Below, one piece after another: positions 20,658 through 30,878 of a DNA stretch of 64,000 nucleotides; the stretch's first letter is position 1, and the number at the start of each line of letters is the position of its first letter. The position numbers and the translations under genes were made by a program. The notes under the pieces were generated by a model. That model did not search any database and was not told the DNA's origin. It saw only the letters and a list, made by a program, of their open reading frames with translations. This DNA comes from Candidatus Poribacteria bacterium (GTDB lineage: Bacteria > Poribacteria > WGA-4E > WGA-3G). The DNA lies in NCBI GenBank assembly GCA_965198235.1, contig OZ240248.1, positions 1,856,001 to 1,920,000 on the forward strand, written 5' to 3'.

Positions 20658-21542
20658 TTAATGTGGGTGGCTATGGCCATGTGCAGGAACCAAAATAACT
20701 TCGACCCGACGATTCATAGCTCTGCCTGCGGCAGTGGTCTGTGGGGCAACAGGATCGGTGTGTGCTTTACCAACAGCCTCAATTCTGCCGGCATCAATTC
20801 CTTTTGATTGCAGGTACTTCGAGGCAGAGTTCGCGCGTGCCTGTGAGAGGTCCCAATTGCTTCTATAACTTCCGCGCAGTACTGGCATGCCATCAGCGTG
20901 TCCAACAACTTTGATCTTTGCATCTGAAGCTTCCATGAGTTGTTCAACGGTACCATCAAGCATCTGCTTTGCGTCGCTGGATAAACCGGTTTTACCACTG
21001 CTGAAATTGACGGTAACCAGCAGGGTCGGTGCTGCGGCAACTTCTTCTGCCACCATGGCTAACCCTTCTTCTATGGCCATGACTTTAGACTCAAGCTGCT
21101 TTATCGCTGCGTCTTGGGTTTTCTCGGCATCTTCATGAGCCATGAGTTGTTTTTGCAGTTTGGCATCTTCGCCTTTGGTAAAGTCCATTGCTTTTTGCCC
21201 TTGCATATCAATAGACTTCGTTAGGTCGGCGCGGAGTTGCGCAGCCTGCTCTTTGGCATTTTGTGTGGCAGCAGCAATGGTATCGGCATCCCCTTGCTGG
21301 GACGCGGCAATCGCCTCATCCTTCGCTCTGGAGATCCCTTCCGTTAAATCTTTGCCCTGCTGATCGACCTTGCTATCCAGCATTGTAATCTTGTTTGACA
21401 TGTCTGCTTCAGCTTGCTCCATCTTTGAGACATGTTCATTCTTCCACATTTCAAACTCTTCCTGATCCAACTTGCCGCAACTACTCACAACAAGTGCAAT
21501 ACCCAGAAGAGCGATAATTGTGAAAGCGGTTCTACTTATCAT
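20658..21542 (-). CDS. OmpA/MotB-domain lipoprotein with coiled-coil stalk
   Basis: Lipobox VSSC; F.SG...L, VVGHAD, NWDLSQARA, NRRVEV. Confidence 0.85.
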   Translation of the reverse strand: MISRTAFTIIALLGIALVVSSCGKLDQEEFEMWKNEHVSKMEQAEADMSNKITMLDSKVDQQGKDLTEGISRAKDEAIAASQQGDADTIAAATQNAKEQAAQLRADLTKSIDMQGQKAMDFTKGEDAKLQKQLMAHEDAEKTQDAAIKQLESKVMAIEEGLAMVAEEVAAAPTLLVTVNFSSGKTGLSSDAKQMLDGTVEQLMEASDAKIKVVGHADGMPVLRGSYRSNWDLSQARANSASKYLQSKGIDAGRIEAVGKAHTDPVAPQTTAAGRAMNRRVEVILVPAHGHSHPH

Positions 21543-21950
21543 GGATTCCTGCTCCTTTTACTACAGATAATGGCAGATAACTGATTATGTCTGTAGAGGT
21601 AGTTCCTGTTTCAACGTCCAGTGCCTCCGCCAGCATCGTAGTGCTGATTGTATGAGGTTTTACACGGACTCCGCAGGCGTTTTACATCTCGACCAAGCCG
21701 ACCGCGATGGTTATTGGGACGGACGAGGCGAGTGGCAGAGGGTATCTACCGATATAAATTTACGCCGCGTCCAAATATTTATCCGAATGTTTTAAATGGT
21801 TTCACACTAACACCGTCCACCGTCTCACGGGTGGGGACAGCACCTACACAAGCGTGCGGGGTGAGACTGCTGTCCAAGTGCTGATACAAAACGAACTTGC
21901 AATATGGGAGACCTGCAAGCAGTTTATTCTCACAGGTGCTTTTGATATAA

Positions 21951-21980
21951 ATTATACAACTTTTTCCTAAAAAAAGTCAA
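21951..21980 (-). promoter_or_regulatory. sigma70 promoter about 400 nt upstream of the OmpA gene
   Basis: Reverse strand TTGACT-18-TATAAT. Confidence 0.55.
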
Positions 21981-22151
21981 GAGTTTTTTTCACAAATGCT
22001 AAAGCAACTGAAATAAGGTTTTAAAACATTCTTGATTTTTGATACGAGATACGTTAAAATTCAGTACCTACATGTGTTGGAAACCTACGTCAATAGGTAT
22101 ACTCAGTAAACTGGGTCTATCTACTATAGGCTGAGGAAGGGTGCTGATAGA

Positions 22152-23516
22152 ATGGGACAGATAAGTATTATCTTAATTGCTGGACTACTCTTTCTTTTTT
22201 CCTTTGAGCCCCCGCAAGCAAGCATGAACATCAGTGATGTGCAGATAGTCTTCTGGACAATTGTCTTGACAGGGTTCCCTATTCTTATCACATGTTTCGT
22301 GACGTCCTATGTGGCGAGAGCCTTTCCCGCGCACGAAGAGGAGAACCTGCCAACACTCTATCGCCTGCGCCGCTTCATGATTGTTTTTGAGTGCCTCAGT
22401 TTAGCGGCGTACCTCTGCAATCTGTATCTGTTGAATCTGCCGATGCTGATTGACAAACACTTCGCATTCTTTCCGATGGCAAATTTACGCCAGACCCTCG
22501 CGTTGCTTCCCCTACTGATCGGACTCATCTGTATCCGACTTGCGTTTTATCGGGTGAATAGGCTTCAACAAGGGCACTACAGAGAGATTCTGAGTCTGCA
22601 ATTCAAGTTTTTGCTTTTCCCGTTGTTGCCGATGTTCTTTTACTTGGTGATAATGGACGCTATTCACTGGCTCCCATATTCGGCAAAAGTATTCATCATG
22701 GAGCATCCATACATTCTCATTGGGCTGATTCTACCGATAATTGTTTCCGTGTATATCTTTGCCCCATTATTGATGCAGTTTCTATGGAAAACAGAACGAC
22801 TCGCGACGGATTCGGTGCTGAAGGAGAAATTAGACCGTTTGACGAAGCAGAGCGGTATAAAATACCGGGAGATTATGGTGTGGAAAACCGGTTCGCTGTT
22901 AATAGCCAACGCAGCTGTCGCGGGGACCTTTCCGTGGAATCGCCGCATTTTTCTCACAGACGCGCTTCTCGAATACTTCACGGATGAAGAAATTGAAACT
23001 GTCGTTGCTCATGAACTTGGACATATCCGCTATAGGCACATTCCGACATATATGCTTTTTTCACTCTTCTATCTCTTGAATTATCCCTTTTTCTATATCC
23101 TTGTTGAAGAACCGCTGGTAGCATACCTTGGAGAATCACAACCTCTTTTGTCAGTGGTATCGACATTATGTTCGCTGACCTTTCTAATCATTTATTTCAT
23201 ATTTATTTTCCGGTATTTATCAAGGCGTTGTGAACATCAAGCCGACCTATATGCGGTTAGACTTACAGAGAAACCGGAAGCATTCAAAGGAGCCTTGGCG
23301 AAACTCGCAGTCTTGAATTCAGTACCGAGGTCGATTCAGCGTTTCTTTGAAATGTTCAACACACACCCGTCCATCCATCGACGAATTGAATTCATCAACC
23401 AGTGGATGGAGCAAAATTCCGCAGTTCAACGTTACAAAAATTATCTGACCGAAGTCAAAGTTTTAATCGCCTTACTACCGATATTTGGCATTCTCGTTGT
23501 GCTGCTGCTCCGTTAG
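22152..23516 (+). CDS. M48 family (Ste24/HtpX-like) membrane metallopeptidase
   Basis: ANAAVAG, HELGH, EHQAD, THPSIHRRI. Confidence 0.9.
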   Translation: MGQISIILIAGLLFLFSFEPPQASMNISDVQIVFWTIVLTGFPILITCFVTSYVARAFPAHEEENLPTLYRLRRFMIVFECLSLAAYLCNLYLLNLPMLIDKHFAFFPMANLRQTLALLPLLIGLICIRLAFYRVNRLQQGHYREILSLQFKFLLFPLLPMFFYLVIMDAIHWLPYSAKVFIMEHPYILIGLILPIIVSVYIFAPLLMQFLWKTERLATDSVLKEKLDRLTKQSGIKYREIMVWKTGSLLIANAAVAGTFPWNRRIFLTDALLEYFTDEEIETVVAHELGHIRYRHIPTYMLFSLFYLLNYPFFYILVEEPLVAYLGESQPLLSVVSTLCSLTFLIIYFIFIFRYLSRRCEHQADLYAVRLTEKPEAFKGALAKLAVLNSVPRSIQRFFEMFNTHPSIHRRIEFINQWMEQNSAVQRYKNYLTEVKVLIALLPIFGILVVLLLR

Positions 23517-23690
23517 GATGGGCAACAGATGCCTCAAGTGGCTATCGGCAGTCGGCTATCGGTTGTCAGTCACAAGAGGTGTTAGGACTATCAAGGGAAA
23601 TCCGCAGAAATCCGCAGGGAAATCCGCAAAAACACCCTCTTTTAGGCGCAAGCCTCTATGGGCTTGCGGGACAATGCTGACCGCCGATGG

Positions 23691-23996
23691 CTATTCTTCG
23701 GAACGCTGGGGTTCCGTCTCCTCTTCAATCGCAAATTGTAACCTCTCTGCTATTCGGTACAAGGGCAATTCATACTTTTCCTGAAGACGACGTTTTTCAT
23801 CAGCGATGTGGAAAGCGACCAGCAACGGAACCCTTTGTTCGTCAAAGCCTTTTCTGAGATAGGATTCGACTAAACTTTTGACGTATTCAACCAGTTCGTT
23901 GATGGCTTCTGGCGTTAACTCTTCTGTCGGTTTTATGGTATAAGGTGTGCCGAGTATAACGAAGCGAATCGGCATAAAATCCTGTTCTTGTTGCAT
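23691..23996 (-). CDS. zapA: Cell division protein ZapA
   Basis: ILGTPYTIK, LVEYV, LLVAFHIADE coiled-coil pattern. Confidence 0.65.
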   Translation of the reverse strand: MQQEQDFMPIRFVILGTPYTIKPTEELTPEAINELVEYVKSLVESYLRKGFDEQRVPLLVAFHIADEKRRLQEKYELPLYRIAERLQFAIEEETEPQRSEE

Positions 23997-24117
23997 TATG
24001 TCGTTATTGACCCCTTTCGTATGTCTTGGTGAACCATATAGGATTGTGAGATGACTACTCTATAACGCTTATGAGTGTCTACACACCTGCCGCTCCGCTG
24101 GGGCTTGGGGTTCACGC

Positions 24118-24218
24118 ATACTCTTAAGAATCGCACAGATCCCCAGTCGTGTTGAAATTAATCAGAAACCATCGTGAAACGAAGTGGAACGATGCCCAGG
24201 TGCCCATAGTTAGAAAAG
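24118..24218. repeat. Family F1 repeat (core accatcgtgaaacgaagtggaacgatg, tail gcccatagttagaaaa)
   Basis: Related copies at ~11-48, 5345-5387, 13583, 25118, 28901, 30695-30750, 48361-48470, 48580 and 62601-62696; supplies the aroE stop codon. Confidence 0.75.
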
Positions 24219-25097
24219 TGCTTGACGCATTGTCTCAGTACACGGTGTAACACCCGTCCATTTCTCAAAAGCGATAGCCCCCTGATGGACTAACATCCCG
24301 ATGCCGCCAAGGGTTTGACATCCGCGCTCGGTAGCGGCTTGCATCAAAGGTGTTACCGGGGGAGTATACACAATGTCATAAACAATAGTATTCGGTTGAA
24401 GCCAGGCGGCAGCAATGAGCAAGGGTTGTGTTACATCCATGCTCGTCGTCGCGGTGTTGACAAGGAGTTTGCTCTCGCGAACAGCCAGAGGCAATCGTTC
24501 ATCCGTGAGCCCCATTCCTTGCATGGAAATACCTGTCTTCCGGTCCATCTCTTTTGCTAAAGAGACGGCTTTTTCCACTGTACGATTGGCGATTGTAATC
24601 GATGTTACGCCTCTCAGTGCTAACGCAACGACGACAGCCCTCGCAGCTCCGCCTGCTCCTAAAACGACGACATTCTCGCCTACCGGCACAGACATGTTTC
24701 CGTTCTCTTCTAAGGCTTTTAAGACACCAGGGGCATCTGTATTATCGCCATATATGTTCCCTTCAACAAACGTCAGCGTGTTTACAGCACCAATGAGTTC
24801 CGCTTCCCGAGAGATTGATGTCAGATACGGGATGACTGCCTGTTTGTGTGGAAGCGTCACATTAATACCGACGACATTAATCGCTTTAAACCCAGCAATC
24901 GCATCTGCCAAATCATCGGGACGGACATGAAACGGGACATATACATAATCCAGACCTGCTTTGGCAAAAGCAGCATTGTGCATTTGTGGTGAACGGCTGT
25001 GTTCAACGGGGTCACCAATAACGCCGACAATGCGGGTGTGTCCGGTCAGTTTTTTTAATTTTCCTTGCGGTTCGATGAGGTGAGTCTGGAGTTTCAT
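24210..25097 (-). CDS. aroE: Shikimate dehydrogenase
   Basis: GDPVEHSRSPQMHN, NVTLPHK, GAVNT, NTD, LGAGGAARA, ML.HQG..AFE.WTG. Confidence 0.95.
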   Translation of the reverse strand: MKLQTHLIEPQGKLKKLTGHTRIVGVIGDPVEHSRSPQMHNAAFAKAGLDYVYVPFHVRPDDLADAIAGFKAINVVGINVTLPHKQAVIPYLTSISREAELIGAVNTLTFVEGNIYGDNTDAPGVLKALEENGNMSVPVGENVVVLGAGGAARAVVVALALRGVTSITIANRTVEKAVSLAKEMDRKTGISMQGMGLTDERLPLAVRESKLLVNTATTSMDVTQPLLIAAAWLQPNTIVYDIVYTPPVTPLMQAATERGCQTLGGIGMLVHQGAIAFEKWTGVTPCTETMRQALF

Positions 25098-25169
25098 GTC
25101 CCTTTCCGTAGAATCGCCTTCCACTTCGTTTCAGGCTACGTGCTCGTTTTCCATACGCGAAGGAAGCGG

Positions 25170-28100
25170 TTATTCTTCAAGTAAGCCTTCAACTGTCCGC
25201 TTCGCCGTTTCCATTTTCGGATAGCGAATTTCTCGATAGCCACGGACTTCCTCCACACATTCTAACGCTTGGAGATGCTTTTCGTACGTCTCAGCGTCAG
25301 TCGGTGAGAAGGTGTCAATCACGCGAGTAATATACCACTCTCGGAACGCTTTTTCCTTGGCGTGCCACTCTGGAAACCAACGTCTTAGAAACTTCATCCG
25401 TTTCATCAGATGCAGTTGCCAATTTCGTGTGTCAATGTCCTCTTCAAAGTCAAGCCCCATCACGGTAAAGTGGGGACGATTGAGATGGACATATTTAATC
25501 CTATCACCGTTTGCTGCGTCAACCTTATACAATTCCTGATCCCGCTGCAATTTTTCTTCGCTCGTTAGCAGATGTGCGACGTAAATCTCGTCTTTGATTA
25601 GCATCACCTTGTGGAGATAGCGAATCGCAGCTTTTGTCGCGCGATACTGGTACACTTCTGAGTCGTGTGCATAGACGTGTTTAATCTTTTCAACGTATAC
25701 CCGAGCGTAGTTGATATCCTCGAACTGAACCAAATCATAGATATAGAGTGCAAGTGTTCGGTGGATGCTGTCTGAATCAAGATTAAGCGTCTCTATGGTA
25801 CTTTCAACAAGTGTTACGTATTCTCGCGCTAAACGTTTCCCATTGCGTTTTTTTGCCAAGATTTGTTGTTTTGCGGAGAACATTTCGGTGTAAGTTGCCA
25901 GGGGCTTTTCTGAACGTGTATCCGCAAGAGATTTGGTGTCTTCTAATGCAAGGCGACGTCCGACAGTAAACGCTTTCATATTGGTATCCAAATCGGCGTG
26001 CGGCACCATCTGCTTAAGTGCCAATTGGAGAGGTTCCAATTCGAGAGGTATCAATTGCCGTTGAAAAGCAGTACCAAGAAGCATCATGTTCGCGTACAAC
26101 TTGTTGCCGAACAATTGCTCAGAGACTGCAAATAGATCAACCCCAAAATACGTGTCGGCGTTAGTATATGTCTGAAGTTCTTCTTCAAGGGTCTCAGGAT
26201 CGAAATTGTCTTTGCCGATGAGAGTGGTTATCGTTTCAGTTTTCGCTGTATTCACCACAGCAGTGGTTCGATTCGATGATGCGATGCGGAAGTGTGATTG
26301 TGCAGTAATCCCGCGGACCGCCTCTAAAATATCAAGTCCTAATAGGAGATCCGCTTTACCATAAGGAATCATTGGGGAAGCATGAACGTCCGGTTGCGTA
26401 TACGCGATATGTGTATAGACACCACCATTGCGAATTGCCAATCCTTTCCTATCGCAAAACGTCACGTTGTAGCCCTGAAGATAGCCTGCAACGACGAGGA
26501 CTTTCGAGATCGTCCCAATCCCCATGCCACCAACACCTGCGGCGTACATGTTCCAACACCGCTCGAACGTCGGTAGGGGTGGCGGTGGTAAGGGTTCATC
26601 ACTCAGGAGTGCACGATTGCCGAATTCTGTTATTTGCTTTTGAGGAGGACGTTTGCGTGTAACGATAACCTCTTCAAACGCAGGACATGCGTATTTAATC
26701 CGGGCGCAGGCACCATCGGAGACGCAATTTGACTGATCGATGGCGATTTTCTCGCCATAATCGGTATCAACTATTTTTAGACCGGGACATCCCGTTGCAG
26801 TGGTGCATTCTCGACAAAACTCACATACCTCAGGGGTTATATTGATATGCTTTTCGTATTTAAGAAAGCCATCTTTAGCGACTGTTTGCTGTTGTTCACG
26901 TCGGATCCGACGATGATAGGTAATCGCACACTCTTTATCGGCGATGATAATTTTGATGCCGGGTTTGAGAATCGTTTTCTCCAGATATTTTTTGTAGTTC
27001 ACCCTGTCTTCCGGGTTGGTGCGCACGATTTCTATTTCGGAATTACCGGCGAGTCCTTGTGCCACTTGCTCAATATCTTGTGCGAACGTCGGATTCCCGA
27101 GAAGGTCAAGTTCGTTAGCAGGAGTCGGTTGATGTCCGGTCATCGCTGTTGTTTGGTTGTCTAAAATAATGTAGGCGATGTCTTGGTTGTTTTTGATTGA
27201 ATCCGAAATCGCTGCCATCCCGCCGTGGAAAAAGGTTGAATCCCCCATGAAAACGACCTGCTTGTTTTTGATAAACGGGTCGATACCAGCCCCTGCACCG
27301 CCACCTAACGCCATCGCAGAAAGATTGTGCATTAGACGTGGAAATGGTTCATATTTGAGCATTGAATAGCAACCGATATCTCCATGAAAGACGAGATCGA
27401 CTGGTCCTAAATCATGATGCTTCTTCATATAGTCCGCATCCATGAATTGATTCGTAATTTCAAGGAAGACGCTCGAAGAATCACGATGAGGACAGCCCGG
27501 ACAAAAGGTTGGGGTCCGTTGCGGAATGTCGATTTGCTGTTCGGATACCTGTTTTTGGAGTGTTTCTTCACGTGAGAAATGTTCCAAATCGATTTTTGGA
27601 TTGTGGTGGGCTGCTGCGCTTACAGCAGATGTGTCTCCTGTGCCGAGGAGATGTTTGAGAAGTGGGATGAGTTTTTGAATAAGGATGGAGGCATCTAAGC
27701 CAGAAGTTACCGGGATTCCTGCCATGCCGTCTGGAAATTGTTTTCCCCACACATTTACGTATCGATCAATGTCTCCATTCTGATACCCATGGGTGATGAA
27801 TGCTTTTATTTCGTTCTCTAAAAGGGGACGTTTTTCCTCAACGACGTAGATTTCGTCAACCTGTGCAGCAAATTCTCTGATGATGTCCTTGTCGATAGGG
27901 TGCGTCATACCAAGTTTGAGAATCGGGATCTCACCGTCCAGTTGCAATTCCCCGAGTGCGTGGAGAAGGCAGCTATAAGCTAAACCAGCACTGACAAATC
28001 CAAGACGGTGCTTCTTCCGACTTGAAGTTTCTCCCATGAACTGGATTGTGTTGAGTCCAAGGTTCCGTGCTGTCTCAAGTGCGGTGGGGATCCGTTCTCT

Positions 28101-28793
28101 CAATGCCTCCACTTCGATCTGGGCAGTATGTGGAGGTAAAACAACCCGTTTATCGGCATCGATGAGTTGGGTATCCAAGTTGATTTGCTTTAAGTCGCTA
28201 ATTTCGGGATAAATATTAGGATAGAGTTCAACATCGCCACCTCCGCTTGCCTGATTTTCGGTAGTTAAGTAGCAGACATAGAGGTTCGATGCTGCGGAGA
28301 TCTGGAAGGCACAGTGAATCCAGTCCTTAAGTTCCTGAAATGTCCCAGGTTCAATAAGTGGTGTTTGGACATGCCGTGCCAAAAATCGGGAATCAGCAGG
28401 CACCTGCGTGCTGTGCGACCATGTGTCGTCACCAACAACCACGACGGCACCACCGGTTGTTCCTGCAAGGTTACTAATCGCCAGTGCATCAGAGGCGACA
28501 TGAAAGCCGACGCTTTTCATAAATGTAATCGCGCGGACATCAGCCATCTGCGAACCGTTGAGTCGCGCGATACTCAATGCCTCGTTGTTGGCTATCTGCG
28601 CGACGATGCCGTTGGTTTTCAATAACTCGGCATTGCGTTCGAGAATGTCAAATACTTCGGCGATTGGGGAGCCGGGATAACCTGTGAGAAGGCTAACACC
28701 GCTCTCTAAGGCACCCTTAACTAATAACTCGCATCCAGTATAGACATGTGTTCCGTTGGCTTGTGTAAACCTTTCGTCCATTTCTTTGCCCAT
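25170..28793 (-). CDS. Fused indolepyruvate ferredoxin oxidoreductase family protein
   Basis: GYPGSP, PTFCPGCPHR, GDIGC, GDSTFFH, TAMTGHQ, ferredoxin Cys cluster, AGVGGMG gamma domain, KDEIYVA. Confidence 0.9.
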   Translation of the reverse strand: MGKEMDERFTQANGTHVYTGCELLVKGALESGVSLLTGYPGSPIAEVFDILERNAELLKTNGIVAQIANNEALSIARLNGSQMADVRAITFMKSVGFHVASDALAISNLAGTTGGAVVVVGDDTWSHSTQVPADSRFLARHVQTPLIEPGTFQELKDWIHCAFQISAASNLYVCYLTTENQASGGGDVELYPNIYPEISDLKQINLDTQLIDADKRVVLPPHTAQIEVEALRERIPTALETARNLGLNTIQFMGETSSRKKHRLGFVSAGLAYSCLLHALGELQLDGEIPILKLGMTHPIDKDIIREFAAQVDEIYVVEEKRPLLENEIKAFITHGYQNGDIDRYVNVWGKQFPDGMAGIPVTSGLDASILIQKLIPLLKHLLGTGDTSAVSAAAHHNPKIDLEHFSREETLQKQVSEQQIDIPQRTPTFCPGCPHRDSSSVFLEITNQFMDADYMKKHHDLGPVDLVFHGDIGCYSMLKYEPFPRLMHNLSAMALGGGAGAGIDPFIKNKQVVFMGDSTFFHGGMAAISDSIKNNQDIAYIILDNQTTAMTGHQPTPANELDLLGNPTFAQDIEQVAQGLAGNSEIEIVRTNPEDRVNYKKYLEKTILKPGIKIIIADKECAITYHRRIRREQQQTVAKDGFLKYEKHINITPEVCEFCRECTTATGCPGLKIVDTDYGEKIAIDQSNCVSDGACARIKYACPAFEEVIVTRKRPPQKQITEFGNRALLSDEPLPPPPLPTFERCWNMYAAGVGGMGIGTISKVLVVAGYLQGYNVTFCDRKGLAIRNGGVYTHIAYTQPDVHASPMIPYGKADLLLGLDILEAVRGITAQSHFRIASSNRTTAVVNTAKTETITTLIGKDNFDPETLEEELQTYTNADTYFGVDLFAVSEQLFGNKLYANMMLLGTAFQRQLIPLELEPLQLALKQMVPHADLDTNMKAFTVGRRLALEDTKSLADTRSEKPLATYTEMFSAKQQILAKKRNGKRLAREYVTLVESTIETLNLDSDSIHRTLALYIYDLVQFEDINYARVYVEKIKHVYAHDSEVYQYRATKAAIRYLHKVMLIKDEIYVAHLLTSEEKLQRDQELYKVDAANGDRIKYVHLNRPHFTVMGLDFEEDIDTRNWQLHLMKRMKFLRRWFPEWHAKEKAFREWYITRVIDTFSPTDAETYEKHLQALECVEEVRGYREIRYPKMETAKRTVEGLLEE

Positions 28794-28795
28794 CC

Positions 28796-28883
28796 TTTTT
28801 TAATGTTCCTTGCGGTTCGGTCAGGCAGGATGTGTCAAGAACCTTCCACCCCGTATATCCAGCGCGCCCGTTGGTTGCGCTTA
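28796..28883 (-). repeat. Family F2 element (about 88 bp)
   Basis: Reverse strand taagcgcaaccaacggg...ctgaccgaaccgcaaggaacattaaaaaa; same element lies inside nadK. Confidence 0.75.
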
Positions 28884-28945
28884 CCGTTGAAACCCATCAA
28901 GAACCATCGTGAAACGAAGTGGAACGATGCGCGGGGGCCAATCAT

Positions 28946-30694
28946 TTAAAAGTCGGACAGCAGTTCTCGTGCATGTGCAAGTCCTATTTCGGTTTCTTCA
29001 CCACCGTGCATTCGGGCGATTTCACTAACTTGTTCTTCTGCAGTCAACGGTTTCGCCGTAATCAGTGTACGCTCACCAATCACCTTCTTTTCAACCCGAA
29101 AATGTCTATCTGCAAAACGGGCAATCTGCGGCAAGTGTGTAATGCAAATAACCTGTGAAAATACTGAGAGTTCCTTTAACTTTTTGCCAACTACGTCTGC
29201 AACCTTGCCTCCAATACCGCTGTCGATTTCGTCAAAGAGCAGTGTAGGAATCTCATCAACTTGAATAAGCACTGTCTTTAACGCGAGCATAATGCGCGAG
29301 ATTTCACCACCTGATGCGATTCTGGTGATCGGACGCGCTTCGGATCCTACATTCGGCGCAATTAAGAACTCTACAGCGTCCATCCCGTCAGCGCGGAATG
29401 CATAGCGTTTCCCGTCTATCTGAAACGGACCCCGGTCATCCGGTATATGTCGAACGGATGCATGAAATTCCGCTTTGTCCATACCGAGTGTCCGCAACTC
29501 CTTCTCGATCCGTTCTGAAAGATGCTTAGCAACATGCTGCCGTTTCGCGGAGAGCGCAGTGCATAGGTGCTGTGCTTCTTGAATCGTTTTATGGATCTCC
29601 GTCTGCAGCAAATCCTGTTTCTCTGTGCCGAGTTGTAACGTCTCTAATTTTTCCTCTGCATCGGCGTGATAAACCAATATCTCTGGAATAGAGTTCCCGT
29701 AACGCCGTTTGAGTTTTGCTATCAATGCTAACCGATCGGTCACTTCGTCCAACCGCATTGCGTTCGATTCGACCGTTTCCGCATAGTGGCGGACCTGTGA
29801 AGCGATGTCCTCCAATTCGTAAAGCGATGATTCCAATCGATCTCCCAATTCCGAGAGGCTATCATCGATTTCGGACAATTTTATCAGTTCCTTCGCGGCA
29901 TCTCTCAAGCGTTCAAGAGGACTGCCGTAACTTCCCATTCCAGAGCCGTCATTATCCAGTTGTCGATACACATGATTCGCGGACTTACGCAACGTCTCTG
30001 CGTTCTTAAGGATACGCGCTTCATCCGCCAATGTTTCGTCCTCGCCTTCCTCCAGATGTGCCGAAGTCAGTTCTTTAATTTCAAATTCGAGGAGTTCCTT
30101 CTCCCGTTCTGATGCTTTCAAGGTCTCCGCGAGGGATGCTGTTTCTTGTTGCAGGGCTCGTAATTGCGCGTATATCTTGCCAATGTGTTGTTGTGCCTCA
30201 CTGTTGCCGCCGAAATCGTCTAAGAGCTTAAGATGCGTTTGTGTTCTAAATAACGATTGATGTTCGTGTTGACCGTGGATATCTACAAGTAATGTCCCGA
30301 GTGCTTGCAGTTGCTTCAAATTCACCAAGCGCCCGTTAACTTGGCAGCGACTCCTACCGTTCGACGTGATTCTTCTGGAGAGAATCACCGCGTCCGACGG
30401 ATCCAATACATCGCTAAAAGAATTTTTCAACATCGAATCGGCAGTTTCGTCCGAGTTTGTGTGCCAGATCGGATGCTCATCGTCAGGTGCAACGCTCGCC
30501 TCCACCTCTGCAAAATCGGCATCTTCACGGACAATATCAGCGGAGGTTCTCTCGCCCAATACCAATCCGATTGACCTGAGGATAACTGACTTGCCAGCAC
30601 CTGTTTCACCAGTGAAGATATTCAGACCTGGTGCCAGTTCCAAATCAAGTTCATCTATGAGGGCAATGTTGTGGATAGAAAGTGTGTCTATCAT
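28946..30694 (-). CDS. recN: DNA repair protein RecN
   Basis: TGETGAGKS, IHGQHEHQ, ASGGEISR, FDEIDSG, ITHLPQIA. Confidence 0.95.
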   Translation of the reverse strand: MIDTLSIHNIALIDELDLELAPGLNIFTGETGAGKSVILRSIGLVLGERTSADIVREDADFAEVEASVAPDDEHPIWHTNSDETADSMLKNSFSDVLDPSDAVILSRRITSNGRSRCQVNGRLVNLKQLQALGTLLVDIHGQHEHQSLFRTQTHLKLLDDFGGNSEAQQHIGKIYAQLRALQQETASLAETLKASEREKELLEFEIKELTSAHLEEGEDETLADEARILKNAETLRKSANHVYRQLDNDGSGMGSYGSPLERLRDAAKELIKLSEIDDSLSELGDRLESSLYELEDIASQVRHYAETVESNAMRLDEVTDRLALIAKLKRRYGNSIPEILVYHADAEEKLETLQLGTEKQDLLQTEIHKTIQEAQHLCTALSAKRQHVAKHLSERIEKELRTLGMDKAEFHASVRHIPDDRGPFQIDGKRYAFRADGMDAVEFLIAPNVGSEARPITRIASGGEISRIMLALKTVLIQVDEIPTLLFDEIDSGIGGKVADVVGKKLKELSVFSQVICITHLPQIARFADRHFRVEKKVIGERTLITAKPLTAEEQVSEIARMHGGEETEIGLAHARELLSDF

Positions 30695-30878
30695 TTTTTA
30701 AACTATTAAATCTGATCATCGTTCCACTTCGTTCCACGATGGTTTTCGGTTAATGTCGACCGCCTCTGGGTTATGAAAGGTTTCTTAATGATTCAAGATA
30801 TGCATTCTCACTGCGAAGCAACCGGACGCAGCAGCCCAGGAGCAATCGTTTAAAAAAGCCATTCTTGATTTGAGTGCG

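Noticed and set aside
23520-23690. 6S RNA expected downstream of zapA
   Set aside because: The region is accounted for by F3, F9 and modular repeats; no 6S-like rod recognised
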